Shown here piece after piece: positions 17,600-26,388 of a stretch of DNA of 32,000 nt. This DNA comes from an uncultured Clostridia bacterium (GTDB lineage: Bacteria; Bacillota; Clostridia; TANB77; CAG-508): NCBI GenBank assembly GCA_934182605.1, contig CAKPRQ010000010.1, positions 19,111 through 51,110 on the forward strand, given 5' to 3'. The first letter of the stretch is position 1. Every line of letters begins with the position of its first letter. A program made the translations under genes and the position numbers. The notes beneath the pieces are model-generated. The model made no database searches. It was given only the letters and a program-made list of their open reading frames with translations, and was not told the origin of the DNA.

Positions 17600-18247
17600 T
17601 TATTCTTTTATTATATTTATACTTTTACTCGTTCCTAACCTAGTAGCTCCTAATTCAATCATTTTTTCAGCTACTTTTTTATCAGAAATTCCACCGCTTG
17701 CTTTTATTTGTAATTTATTATTTTTGTATTTATTCATAATTATCACATCATTTTCACTAGCACCTCTTGTTCCAAATCCCGTTGATGTCTTTATGTAATC
17801 TACATTTAATTTATTGCAAATTTCTGTCATAATCTTTATATTTTCTTCATCTAAATAACAAGTTTCTATTATAACTTTTAATATTTTTCCTTCACAAATT
17901 TTTCGTATATCACTTATCTCTTTCTCTATATATTCAAATTTTTTATCTAATAAAGCTCCAATATTTATAACCATATCTATTTCTTCTGCGCCAGTATTTA
18001 TTGCATTTTGGGCTTCAAACGTTTTAGTTTCAATAGTATTTTGCCCCAATGGAAATCCCACAACTGTACATATTTTTACAGTACTTTTTAATTTTTCTAA
18101 ATATGATTTTACTAAACTTACATAACAAGGATTTATACAAACACTTTTAAATTTATATTTATCTGCTTCATCACATAATTTTATAATATCCTTTTCTTGA
18201 GCATAAGCTTTTAACATAGTATGGTCTATATATTTGTTTAATTCCAT
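17600..18247 (-). CDS. deoC: Deoxyribose-phosphate aldolase
   Basis: IDHTMLK, VCINPCYV, VVGFPLG, IDMVINIG, YIKTSTGF (Schiff-base Lys) and IKASGGI. Confidence 0.93.
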   Translation of the reverse strand: MELNKYIDHTMLKAYAQEKDIIKLCDEADKYKFKSVCINPCYVSLVKSYLEKLKSTVKICTVVGFPLGQNTIETKTFEAQNAINTGAEEIDMVINIGALLDKKFEYIEKEISDIRKICEGKILKVIIETCYLDEENIKIMTEICNKLNVDYIKTSTGFGTRGASENDVIIMNKYKNNKLQIKASGGISDKKVAEKMIELGATRLGTSKSINIIKE

Positions 18248-18319
18248 ATTAATCTCCTTTTCTATAATAATAAGAGCATTTTATATGTTTATATAAATGC
18301 CCTTACTAACTTTTATTTT

Positions 18320-20752
18320 TTATTCTTTTTCATCTTCATCTATTTTCTCTATGCTTACAACTTTTCCTTCACTCGTTCTCATTAAAGTAACACCCTGTGT
18401 ATTTCTACCTAAAACACTGACATCTTTAGAACTTAGCCTAATTATAATTCCTGTATCTGTAATCATCATAATATCTTCTGTCCCATTTACAATTTTTATT
18501 CCTACAATGCTTCCTGTTTTTGGTGTAACTTTATATGTTATAATACCTTTTCCACCTCTAGTTTGGACTCTATACTCCTCTAATTCAGTCCTTTTACCAA
18601 AACCATTTTCTGTAATTGCTAATAATGTGGCATCTTTTTGGTTTACTATTGATTCCATGCCAATAACTTCATCACCATCATTTAATTTAATTCCTATTAC
18701 TCCTTGAGAAACTCTTCCCATTGGTCTAACGTCTTTTTCACTAAATGTTATTGATATTCCACCTTTTGTCACTAATACTACATTATCTTCGCCATCTGTT
18801 AAACGAGTACCAATAAGTTCATCATTTTCTTTTAATGTAATCGCTTGCAATCCGCTTTTTCTTGCAGAATTATATTCTATTAAAGCAGTTTTCTTGATAA
18901 TACCATCCTTTGTTCCAAATAATAGATATTTCCCTTCTGCAAAATTTTGAATTGGTATTAAAGCAGATACTCTTTCTCCAGCGTCCAAACTTAATAAATT
19001 TACTATTGCTGTGCCTTTTGCTGTTCTTCCTGCTTCAGGTACTTCATAACCTCGTAATCTATATACTTTTCCTTTGTTTGTGAAGAATAATATTGTGTCA
19101 TGAGTTGAAGCTGTAAATAATTCTTTTACAAAATCTTCTTCTCTAGTTGTCATTCCACTAATACCTTTACCGCCTCTTTTTTGGCTCTTATATGTATCTA
19201 AAGGAACTCTTTTTATATATCCTAAATGTGTTAAAGATATAACTACTTGTTCATCCTTTATTAAATCTTCTACATTAAATTCGCCCTCTGCAGCAACAAT
19301 TTTAGTTTTTCTCTCATCACCAAATTTTTCTTTTATTTCTAATGCTTCTTTTTTTATAATATCATAAACTAATCTTTCGCTACTTAAAACTTCTTTTAAA
19401 TAAGCTATTAATTTCATTAATTCATTATATTCTTCTTCTATTTTTTCTCTTTGCAAACCTGATAATGTTTTTAACCTCATATCTAAAATAGCTTGTGCTT
19501 GAATTTCTGATAATCCAAAACGTTTCATTAATCTTTCTTTTGCATCATCATAAGATTCTCTTATAATTTTTATAACTTCATCAATATTATCTAAAGCTAT
19601 TTTTAAACCTTCTAATATATGAGCTCTAGCTTCTGCTTTATCTAAGTCGAATTTTGTTCTTCTTAAGACAACAGTTTTTCTATGGTCTATATAGCAATCC
19701 AAACATTCCCTTAATGTTAAAATTTTAGGTTCCCCATTTACTAGTGCAAGCATTATTATTCCAAAAGTATCTTGCATTTGAGTGAATTTATATAATTGAT
19801 TTAATATTACTTGAGGATTTGCATCCCTTTTTAATTCAATTACTATTCTTACTTTATCTATTCTATCAGACTCATCTCTGACATCTGAAATACCTTCTAT
19901 CCTTTTTTCTTTAGATAAAGTTGCTATATTCTCAATTAGTTTAGCTTTATTTACTTGATATGGTAATGAAGAAACTACTATTTTAAATCTATTATTATTC
20001 ATTTCTTCAATTTCTGCTTCTGCTCTAACAGTTATTTTTCCTCTACCTGTTGTGTATGCTTCTTTAATACCAGAAGTACCTAGTATAATACCTTCTGTTG
20101 GAAAATCTGGTCCTTTTATAACTGCCATTAATTCTTCATCAGTAACATTATCTTCATCAATAATTTTTATAATTCCATTAATTACTTCTGTTAAGTTATG
20201 TGGTGGTATATTTGTTGCCATACCTACAGCTATTCCTGATGAACCATTTATTAATAATGTTGGAACCTTTGCTGGTAATACTGTTGGTTCTTGAAGTCTA
20301 TCATCATAATTTGGCATAAAATCTACTGTGTTTTTTTCTATATCTACTAACATTTGTTCTGCAATTTTAGCCATTCTTGCTTCTGTATACCTCATTGCAG
20401 CTGCTCCATCTCCGTCAATTGAGCCAAAATTACCATGTCCATCTATTAACATATATCTCATTGAGAAATCTTGTGCCATTCTTACCATTGCATCATAAAC
20501 AGAAGCATCACCATGTGGATGGTATCTTCCTAAAACTGAACCTACAGTATTAGCACACTTCCTATATGGTTTATCTGATGTTATACCATCTTCATGCATT
20601 GCATATAAAATTCTTCTATGAACAGGTTTAAGACCATCTCTAACATCTGGTAAAGCTCTAGAAACAATTACACTCATCGCATAATCTATATAAGATGTCT
20701 TCATTTCTTGCTCGATATTTCTTTCTATTATTGTTCCGTCTCTTCTATCCAT
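18320..20752 (-). CDS. gyrA: DNA gyrase subunit A
   Basis: YIDYAMSVIVSRALPDVRDGLKPVHRRILYAM, HPHGDASVYDAMVRMAQ and AAMRYTEARM (catalytic Tyr), with C-terminal beta-pinwheel repeats. 810 aa. Confidence 0.98.
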   Translation of the reverse strand: MDRRDGTIIERNIEQEMKTSYIDYAMSVIVSRALPDVRDGLKPVHRRILYAMHEDGITSDKPYRKCANTVGSVLGRYHPHGDASVYDAMVRMAQDFSMRYMLIDGHGNFGSIDGDGAAAMRYTEARMAKIAEQMLVDIEKNTVDFMPNYDDRLQEPTVLPAKVPTLLINGSSGIAVGMATNIPPHNLTEVINGIIKIIDEDNVTDEELMAVIKGPDFPTEGIILGTSGIKEAYTTGRGKITVRAEAEIEEMNNNRFKIVVSSLPYQVNKAKLIENIATLSKEKRIEGISDVRDESDRIDKVRIVIELKRDANPQVILNQLYKFTQMQDTFGIIMLALVNGEPKILTLRECLDCYIDHRKTVVLRRTKFDLDKAEARAHILEGLKIALDNIDEVIKIIRESYDDAKERLMKRFGLSEIQAQAILDMRLKTLSGLQREKIEEEYNELMKLIAYLKEVLSSERLVYDIIKKEALEIKEKFGDERKTKIVAAEGEFNVEDLIKDEQVVISLTHLGYIKRVPLDTYKSQKRGGKGISGMTTREEDFVKELFTASTHDTILFFTNKGKVYRLRGYEVPEAGRTAKGTAIVNLLSLDAGERVSALIPIQNFAEGKYLLFGTKDGIIKKTALIEYNSARKSGLQAITLKENDELIGTRLTDGEDNVVLVTKGGISITFSEKDVRPMGRVSQGVIGIKLNDGDEVIGMESIVNQKDATLLAITENGFGKRTELEEYRVQTRGGKGIITYKVTPKTGSIVGIKIVNGTEDIMMITDTGIIIRLSSKDVSVLGRNTQGVTLMRTSEGKVVSIEKIDEDEKE

Positions 20753-20843
20753 TTACGTCATTCCCTTCTACATTTTTACCTCCTCATTATACTAAATTTT
20801 TCTTAATTTTGCAAGGTTTTTTATGCTTTTAAAATAATTTTTA

Positions 20844-21569
20844 TTATAATTTCTTTGCCAACTCTAATTCTATATCTAAAATATTAAAATTTTTATTATT
20901 ATTTCTTATATAATTATGTACTTTTTCCAATTCCTTTAATTTTTCCATTGTCTCTTCTAAAGGTATTATATTTTCTATTTGTTTTTTTATTTTTTCATAT
21001 TCTAAATCCATTTTTTCGAAATCATTTTCTGTTTTATATGTATTCCAATTTTCAATACACTTATCAATGTTTTTTATAATTTTATTCTGTTCATTTAAAA
21101 CTGATTTTATATTTTCATCTAGTCTTGTCTCTACTATACCTTTTCCCCCTTTTATTATATTATTTAATTTTGTACTAATATAATCTTTTTCTTTAATATT
21201 TTCTAATGCTTTATCAAATAAGTCTGACATTTCATCTATCAACCCACCTTTTTGAACTGCCATTTCTACTTGTGATACTTTTTTAAAATCACCATTAAAA
21301 ATTCCAATAAAACTTTTACCTAAGTCTATTACTTTATCGATAGCTGTATTAATTCCTTCTTTTATTCCATTATTTAATAATGCATCTTTTATATCTATTA
21401 CTTGATCTTCTATAAAATCTGGTAATATTTTTTTTAACCCATAATCTATAGCTTCATTTACTGCTGTTCCAAATGCACTTTTTATAAATGTGTTTTGTTC
21501 TTCTTTTAAATTATTTTTATTTTCATTTATTGATAAATTATTATTTAATTCTAATTGCAAAAATATCAC
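20844..21569 (-). CDS. Hypothetical all-helical protein without TM or signal peptide, last gene of the VirB4 block
   Basis: 241-aa ORF starting at GTG 21569. TTG 21560 fits the upstream GAGGTGA better. I recognise no motif. The C-terminus is coiled-coil-like (EKMDLEYEKIKKQIENIIPLEETMEKLKELEKV). Confidence 0.5.
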   Translation of the reverse strand: MIFLQLELNNNLSINENKNNLKEEQNTFIKSAFGTAVNEAIDYGLKKILPDFIEDQVIDIKDALLNNGIKEGINTAIDKVIDLGKSFIGIFNGDFKKVSQVEMAVQKGGLIDEMSDLFDKALENIKEKDYISTKLNNIIKGGKGIVETRLDENIKSVLNEQNKIIKNIDKCIENWNTYKTENDFEKMDLEYEKIKKQIENIIPLEETMEKLKELEKVHNYIRNNNKNFNILDIELELAKKL

Positions 21570-21666
21570 CTCAATATTTTTAATATTTTACATTTATTAT
21601 TTTTTAAATAATTATTCAAAAAATAATATATTTAAATATTAATAAAAATTTATTAATATTATTTTT

Positions 21667-22818
21667 TTATTTAATTATTTTAAATAAATTTTTATATTTA
21701 TTTTTTATTTTTCTATTTATTTTATATTTATTTAAATTTAAATTAAAAATAATATTTTTATATTTATTATTAATATTAAAATATTTATAATTATTTTTTA
21801 AATTATTTTTTATTTCATAATTTTTTAAATATAAAATTATATCATTTTTATTTTCTGTGTTAAATAAACATATAAATTTTTCTTTATTAATTTCCCATTC
21901 ATTATTATATATTTTCAATAAATTATTATTAAAAATAAGATCGTTTTCTTTATTATTAAATATGCAAATATTATAATCTGAATTTTCTAATATTTTTTTA
22001 GTTAATTTTAAATTTGTAATACTTGATAAATTAATTAAAATAAAATCATAATTATTTTTTAAATTATTTATTTTTGAAATAATTTCTTCATAATTATTTT
22101 TTAATATTTCTTCTAAACCGGATAAATAATCAATATTATTATTTATCTTTAAAATATTATTTTTTAATTTTAAATTATCTTTATTTGGAAATTTTTCTAC
22201 ACCGAATAATGTGTTAATATTTGAATTTAAGAAATCTAAATCTATATTTAATATTTTTTTATTTTTTAAAATTAGTGAAAAAAATAAAATAAAAATTGAT
22301 TTTTCTAAACTATCGTTTCCACAAAAACTAAAAATATATTTTTTATTATTTTTTATTTTCAATAATTTTTCAATATTATTTTTTATATTATAAATATTAT
22401 TTTTAATATTTATTTTATTTTTTAAAATATTATTTTTAATTTCTTCAATATTATTGTTTATTTTTTTTGAAATAAATTCTTCATTTTTAAAATCTTCTAT
22501 TAATAATTGATTATTATAAAAATAATTATTAATATTTTTTTCTTTTAAAAATTTTTCTAATTCTTCATTCTTTTTTTCCAAAATAATTATTATTTCAATT
22601 TTATCATTTATTTTTTTTATTTTATTAATTAATTCTTTTATATTATATGGTCCTTTTAATATTTCACTTAATAATATTATATCTATTTCTTCCTTTTCTA
22701 ATATTTCAAAAATTCCTTCTTGATACAAAATATCATCATATTTAATTTCATATTTATTTAATTCTCTTAATTTTTTATTTATATATTTATTATCTAAAGC
22801 TGTTATTAATTTATCCAT
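21667..22818 (-). CDS. TadZ/CpaE-like protein: receiver-like N-domain plus MinD/ParA-fold domain with a degenerate Walker A
   Basis: 383 aa. The N-terminal alpha/beta pattern IDIILLSEILKGP..IKELINKIKK...IEIIIIL has Ser-Glu where a receiver would have the acceptor Asp. The C-domain reads YIFSFCGNDSLEKSIFILFFSLILKNKKILNIDLDF ... NYDFILINLSS ... SDYNICIF. This follows the ParA/MinD order, but CGNDSLEKS replaces KGGxGK[ST]. The start overlaps the VirB4 stop by 8 nt. Confidence 0.5.
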   Translation of the reverse strand: MDKLITALDNKYINKKLRELNKYEIKYDDILYQEGIFEILEKEEIDIILLSEILKGPYNIKELINKIKKINDKIEIIIILEKKNEELEKFLKEKNINNYFYNNQLLIEDFKNEEFISKKINNNIEEIKNNILKNKINIKNNIYNIKNNIEKLLKIKNNKKYIFSFCGNDSLEKSIFILFFSLILKNKKILNIDLDFLNSNINTLFGVEKFPNKDNLKLKNNILKINNNIDYLSGLEEILKNNYEEIISKINNLKNNYDFILINLSSITNLKLTKKILENSDYNICIFNNKENDLIFNNNLLKIYNNEWEINKEKFICLFNTENKNDIILYLKNYEIKNNLKNNYKYFNINNKYKNIIFNLNLNKYKINRKIKNKYKNLFKIIK

Positions 22819-24625
22819 TTTTTAATTCACCTCTTTCTATTATATTCTTTTCATACTCTGCAGCTTCTATATTTACTAATATATGTTCTTCTCCTACTAT
22901 CATTAAACTTTCTCCTCGCTTTAAAGATTTTACTTCTATTTTTTCTTTATCAGATAAATTCATATATTTACTTAATAATAAAATATTTTCTTCCTCTAAT
23001 GCAAAAAATGATTTTATACTAGTATTATTTAAAATACTTCTTCCATAATTTCCATTGTCTAAACTAAATAAATCAGATATATCTTGAGTTATTGCTACAG
23101 CACTTCCGCCATATTTTCTTATTGTTTTAAATATTTTATATATGAATCCAGCTACCTCTTTATTAGATGTTACACCTATAAGTCTCCAAATTTCATCTAA
23201 ATATATTGCTTTTTTTATATCCCTATTTTCTTTAATATTATCCCAAAATAATTCTGTAAATAAAAACATAGCATATTTTAAATTTTCTTCTCCCAAGTCA
23301 TAAACATCTGCTATTATTAATTTATTTTTTGTTTTAATGTTTGTGTAATTATTAAAAAAGTTTAAAGAACCTTTTACAAATGGTAATAACTTAATTCTAA
23401 ACTTTTTTAGTTTTTCATTTTCATCTAATAAGTTATAGAAGTCTTCTAAAATTGGCATATCTTTTGATTCTTTAAAAATAGGTTTTATATTTATTTTTTC
23501 TTCATCTATCTTATATAAAGTATTATCTTCAAATGTTATATTTTTTAATTTATATAATTCAATTAACTTTTCTTCTATTATAGATTTTTCTTCTTCATTC
23601 ATTTCACCAAATACTAAATTAAAAAATCCAATTAATTTAGAAAGCTTACTTGATAAATACCCTTTATTTTCTTCTACACTATTTTCTCTTATATCGAAAA
23701 TATTAATATAGGTATCTGATGAACCTCCTAATCTTATAATTACTCCATCTAATGCTTTTGCTATATTTAAATATTCTCTTTCCGGGTCTATAATATATTG
23801 CTCTATTCCATATAGTCTACATCTCATTATTAATAATTTAGTATAAAAAGATTTTCCTGCACCACTTGTCCCCAATATACACATATTGGCATTTTTATAT
23901 TTTTCTGTATTATATCTATTTATAAATATTTTTGAATTATTGTAAATATTCTTTCCAACATATATTCCATTTTCATCACATATTGAGGAAGATATAAAAG
24001 GATAAGTTGATATTATAGAACTCGTTAATACATTTCTTCTACCTGCTTTTTTTATTTCGTTTTTATTTATATGTAATGGCAAAGTTGCTAAATAAGTTTG
24101 TTCTTGCCTGAAATTCGCTCTTCTTGTTTGTAAACCTAATGCACTTGTTATTCCGCTTATTTTATTTAAGAAATACTCTAACTCTTTTGTATTATCTGAA
24201 AAAACTGTTATATAGATATATAAATAATATAATTCTTCATTATTTAATTGAATTTCTTTTCTTATATATTTAGCGTCATTATATGTAAAAGCTGCTATTT
24301 CTATGTCTTCTCTATTATTATTTTTTTCTCTTAAATCTACTCCTACATTTCCAATATGGTATGTTAAATCTTTTATTGCTTTATATGCATCTTGTTTTTC
24401 ATAAAAAATAGAAATATTCATATTTATATTTAATTCTAATAAATTCTTTAAAATTAAATCATTATATTCTCTGTAATAATTTACGATAATTAAACTTGAA
24501 TAATAAGTATTACTAATTTCAAAATATCTAGGATTTTTATTATTAATATATGAACCAGATATATAATCTTTATATGAGAAACTGCCTAACTTTATGTTAT
24601 TAAAAAATTTTTTTATAAAATTCAC
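22811..24625 (-). CDS. VirB4-type T4SS ATPase, middle and ATPase domains (second cistron of a split gene)
   Basis: Walker A CILGTSGAGKSFYTKLL, Walker B KKAIYLDEIWRL and SAVAITQDISD. The N-terminal part YFEISNTYYSSLIIVNYYREYNDLILKNLLELNINMNISIFYEK resembles the VirB4 middle domain. GTG 24625 directly follows AGGGAGGAG. Confidence 0.85.
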   Translation of the reverse strand: MNFIKKFFNNIKLGSFSYKDYISGSYINNKNPRYFEISNTYYSSLIIVNYYREYNDLILKNLLELNINMNISIFYEKQDAYKAIKDLTYHIGNVGVDLREKNNNREDIEIAAFTYNDAKYIRKEIQLNNEELYYLYIYITVFSDNTKELEYFLNKISGITSALGLQTRRANFRQEQTYLATLPLHINKNEIKKAGRRNVLTSSIISTYPFISSSICDENGIYVGKNIYNNSKIFINRYNTEKYKNANMCILGTSGAGKSFYTKLLIMRCRLYGIEQYIIDPEREYLNIAKALDGVIIRLGGSSDTYINIFDIRENSVEENKGYLSSKLSKLIGFFNLVFGEMNEEEKSIIEEKLIELYKLKNITFEDNTLYKIDEEKINIKPIFKESKDMPILEDFYNLLDENEKLKKFRIKLLPFVKGSLNFFNNYTNIKTKNKLIIADVYDLGEENLKYAMFLFTELFWDNIKENRDIKKAIYLDEIWRLIGVTSNKEVAGFIYKIFKTIRKYGGSAVAITQDISDLFSLDNGNYGRSILNNTSIKSFFALEEENILLLSKYMNLSDKEKIEVKSLKRGESLMIVGEEHILVNIEAAEYEKNIIERGELKNG

Positions 24626-24640
24626 CTCCTCCCTTACAAC

Positions 24641-25195
24641 TTAATTCATACTATTATTAAAATAATTATGTAATAATTCAATTACTTCATCTCTTGAAAA
24701 TTCTGTTACTAAATTTCCACATCTTGATAGATATTCTTTTATCTTATAATACTTATCATTCAAGTCTATAATTTCAACATTTACATTTTCTTCTACATTT
24801 TTTATTGGATTTTTTATTATGATTATAAAATTTTTACTTGAAAACTGTTTTTCTGATTTTTTTTCACATATAAAATTAACGTATTCTTTATAAATATTTT
24901 GTATTTTTTTATTTTCTTCTTTTTTTTCCTCTTCGTTTAGAAATAAAATGTATTTAGATAAATCTTCTTTTGTACTTTGAACTAAAATTTGAATATCAAA
25001 GTCGCACGTTTTAAAAAATAATTTAAATGAATTTAAAATAGCTTCTTTTTCCAATTCTGATTTTAAATTGTAATTGATTGGAAAGACCTTAATTAATTTT
25101 ACATAAGTATTATCTTTTAATTGTATTATCCCATCGGATAATATTTCTTTAAATGGTAACCATTTTTGAAATGTTGCTAGCTTCTTATTTTTCAT
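24641..25195 (-). CDS. VirB4 N-terminal-domain protein (first cistron of the split gene)
   Basis: AGGAGG lies 4 nt upstream of ATG 25195 (the tracked ORF extends to 25279). LPFKEILSDGIIQLKDNTYVKLIKVFPINYNLKSELEKEAILNSFKLFFKTCDFDIQILVQS follows the N-terminal pattern I recall for Firmicute VirB4 homologues (Tn916 Orf16/TcpF type). It is in the same frame as the downstream 604-aa ORF. Confidence 0.6.
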   Translation of the reverse strand: MKNKKLATFQKWLPFKEILSDGIIQLKDNTYVKLIKVFPINYNLKSELEKEAILNSFKLFFKTCDFDIQILVQSTKEDLSKYILFLNEEEKKEENKKIQNIYKEYVNFICEKKSEKQFSSKNFIIIIKNPIKNVEENVNVEIIDLNDKYYKIKEYLSRCGNLVTEFSRDEVIELLHNYFNNSMN

Positions 25196-25223
25196 TTTGC
25201 CTCCTATCCTTATGCTAATTCTT

Positions 25224-25252
25224 ATTTTACACCAATTATGTCTACAAGTCAA
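25224..25252 (-). promoter_or_regulatory. Sigma-A-type promoter for the VirB4 operon
   Basis: On the minus strand: TTGACT (25252-25247), a 17-nt spacer, then TAAAAT (25229-25224), about 30 nt upstream of ATG 25195. Confidence 0.5.
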
Positions 25253-25370
25253 GAAAAATCGTACCCCAAAATTCGACAAAATATTACTTTTATATCTTAA
25301 ATGTATTGAAATTACTGGCTTTTAATTTTTCAAATAGGCAAAATATACTTATATAAAAAATAGTCTATAC

Positions 25371-26300
25371 TTATTTTTTATATCTACATTCTAAACTTTT
25401 TAAAAATATTTCTTCCACATCTTCATAAATATTTTGCACATTATCTAAGCTTAAACTTTTCCCTTCTTCGCCTTTTCCTAATTCAATTGTATACCCAATA
25501 TTTTGGAATTCATTTACACTCCAATCTTTATAACCTGCAAAAGAAGAATTATATTCTGGCTTTGTCAATAAATATCCACTTACTTTTTCAAAAAACTTTC
25601 CTAATTCATACGCAGTGGATAACTTATCTTTTCCTGCATCCCAATATATCTCTTTACCTTGAGAATGCAAAGATATAGTAACATCAAATTTCTTTAGTCT
25701 CGTAAAATTATACATAGCTATACTTTCAGGTTCTGATAAGTAATTAGGTCCTGCATAATCTCTAGGCCCTGGATTAATAATTCCTTTTTTTGCCTTATTT
25801 ATTTTAGCTTGCTCAAAGCCAAAAGGATAATTTAAATTTAAATCTACTCCTCTAATATTAGCTTTCCAATATTCCAACTTATCCACATAATTTCCCCATA
25901 TATTTTTATATATTTCACGCTTTTTCAACTTATCCACATTTAAAACTAGATTAACTCCATCTGGATTAACCATAGGAACTACATATAAAGTAGAATTGTT
26001 CCATAAATTATTTATATTATATGTTTTATAATTATCCACATTATTATTTTTCAAATCTAAATATTTTTCTACAAATAACATTATTACTAAACTACTTATC
26101 CACTCATTTGCATGATGAGAGGCATTTATTAAAACTTTATTTTCACCTTTACCTAATTTTAAATATTTTATTTCTTCCTCTAAAACAGATTTTCCTATAT
26201 TTCCTATTTCAAAAAAATTATATTTATTTTTTAAATCTCCTAAATTATTTTTTAATATTTCGTAATTATATAATAAATTTTTCTTAACAATATTTTCCAT
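25371..26300 (-). CDS. M14-family zinc carboxypeptidase, gamma-D-glutamyl-meso-diaminopimelate peptidase (YqgT/ENP1-like)
   Basis: ASHHANEWISS (HxxE zinc ligands), VPMVNPDGV, GVDLNLNYP and ISLHSQG (third His). 309 aa. Confidence 0.8.
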   Translation of the reverse strand: MENIVKKNLLYNYEILKNNLGDLKNKYNFFEIGNIGKSVLEEEIKYLKLGKGENKVLINASHHANEWISSLVIMLFVEKYLDLKNNNVDNYKTYNINNLWNNSTLYVVPMVNPDGVNLVLNVDKLKKREIYKNIWGNYVDKLEYWKANIRGVDLNLNYPFGFEQAKINKAKKGIINPGPRDYAGPNYLSEPESIAMYNFTRLKKFDVTISLHSQGKEIYWDAGKDKLSTAYELGKFFEKVSGYLLTKPEYNSSFAGYKDWSVNEFQNIGYTIELGKGEEGKSLSLDNVQNIYEDVEEIFLKSLECRYKK

Positions 26301-26354
26301 TATATCACCTATATAAATTTATTATTAAAAAAAATATATATGCATATAATGTTG

Positions 26355-26388
26355 AAAAGCCTTGTGAACTTTACTCACAAGACTTTTT
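26355..26388 (-). terminator. Rho-independent terminator after gyrB
   Basis: On the minus strand: GTCTTGTGA-GTAAAGT-TCACAAGGC (9-bp stem with one G-U pair) followed by TTTT. It starts 10 nt past the gyrB stop. Confidence 0.6.

Noticed and set aside
18297-20294. Plus-strand ORFs 18297-18707 (136 aa) and 20052-20294 (80 aa)
   Set aside because: They are antisense shadows of gyrA, with low-complexity S/P/I/F-rich translations and no RBS. gyrA is unambiguous on the other strand.
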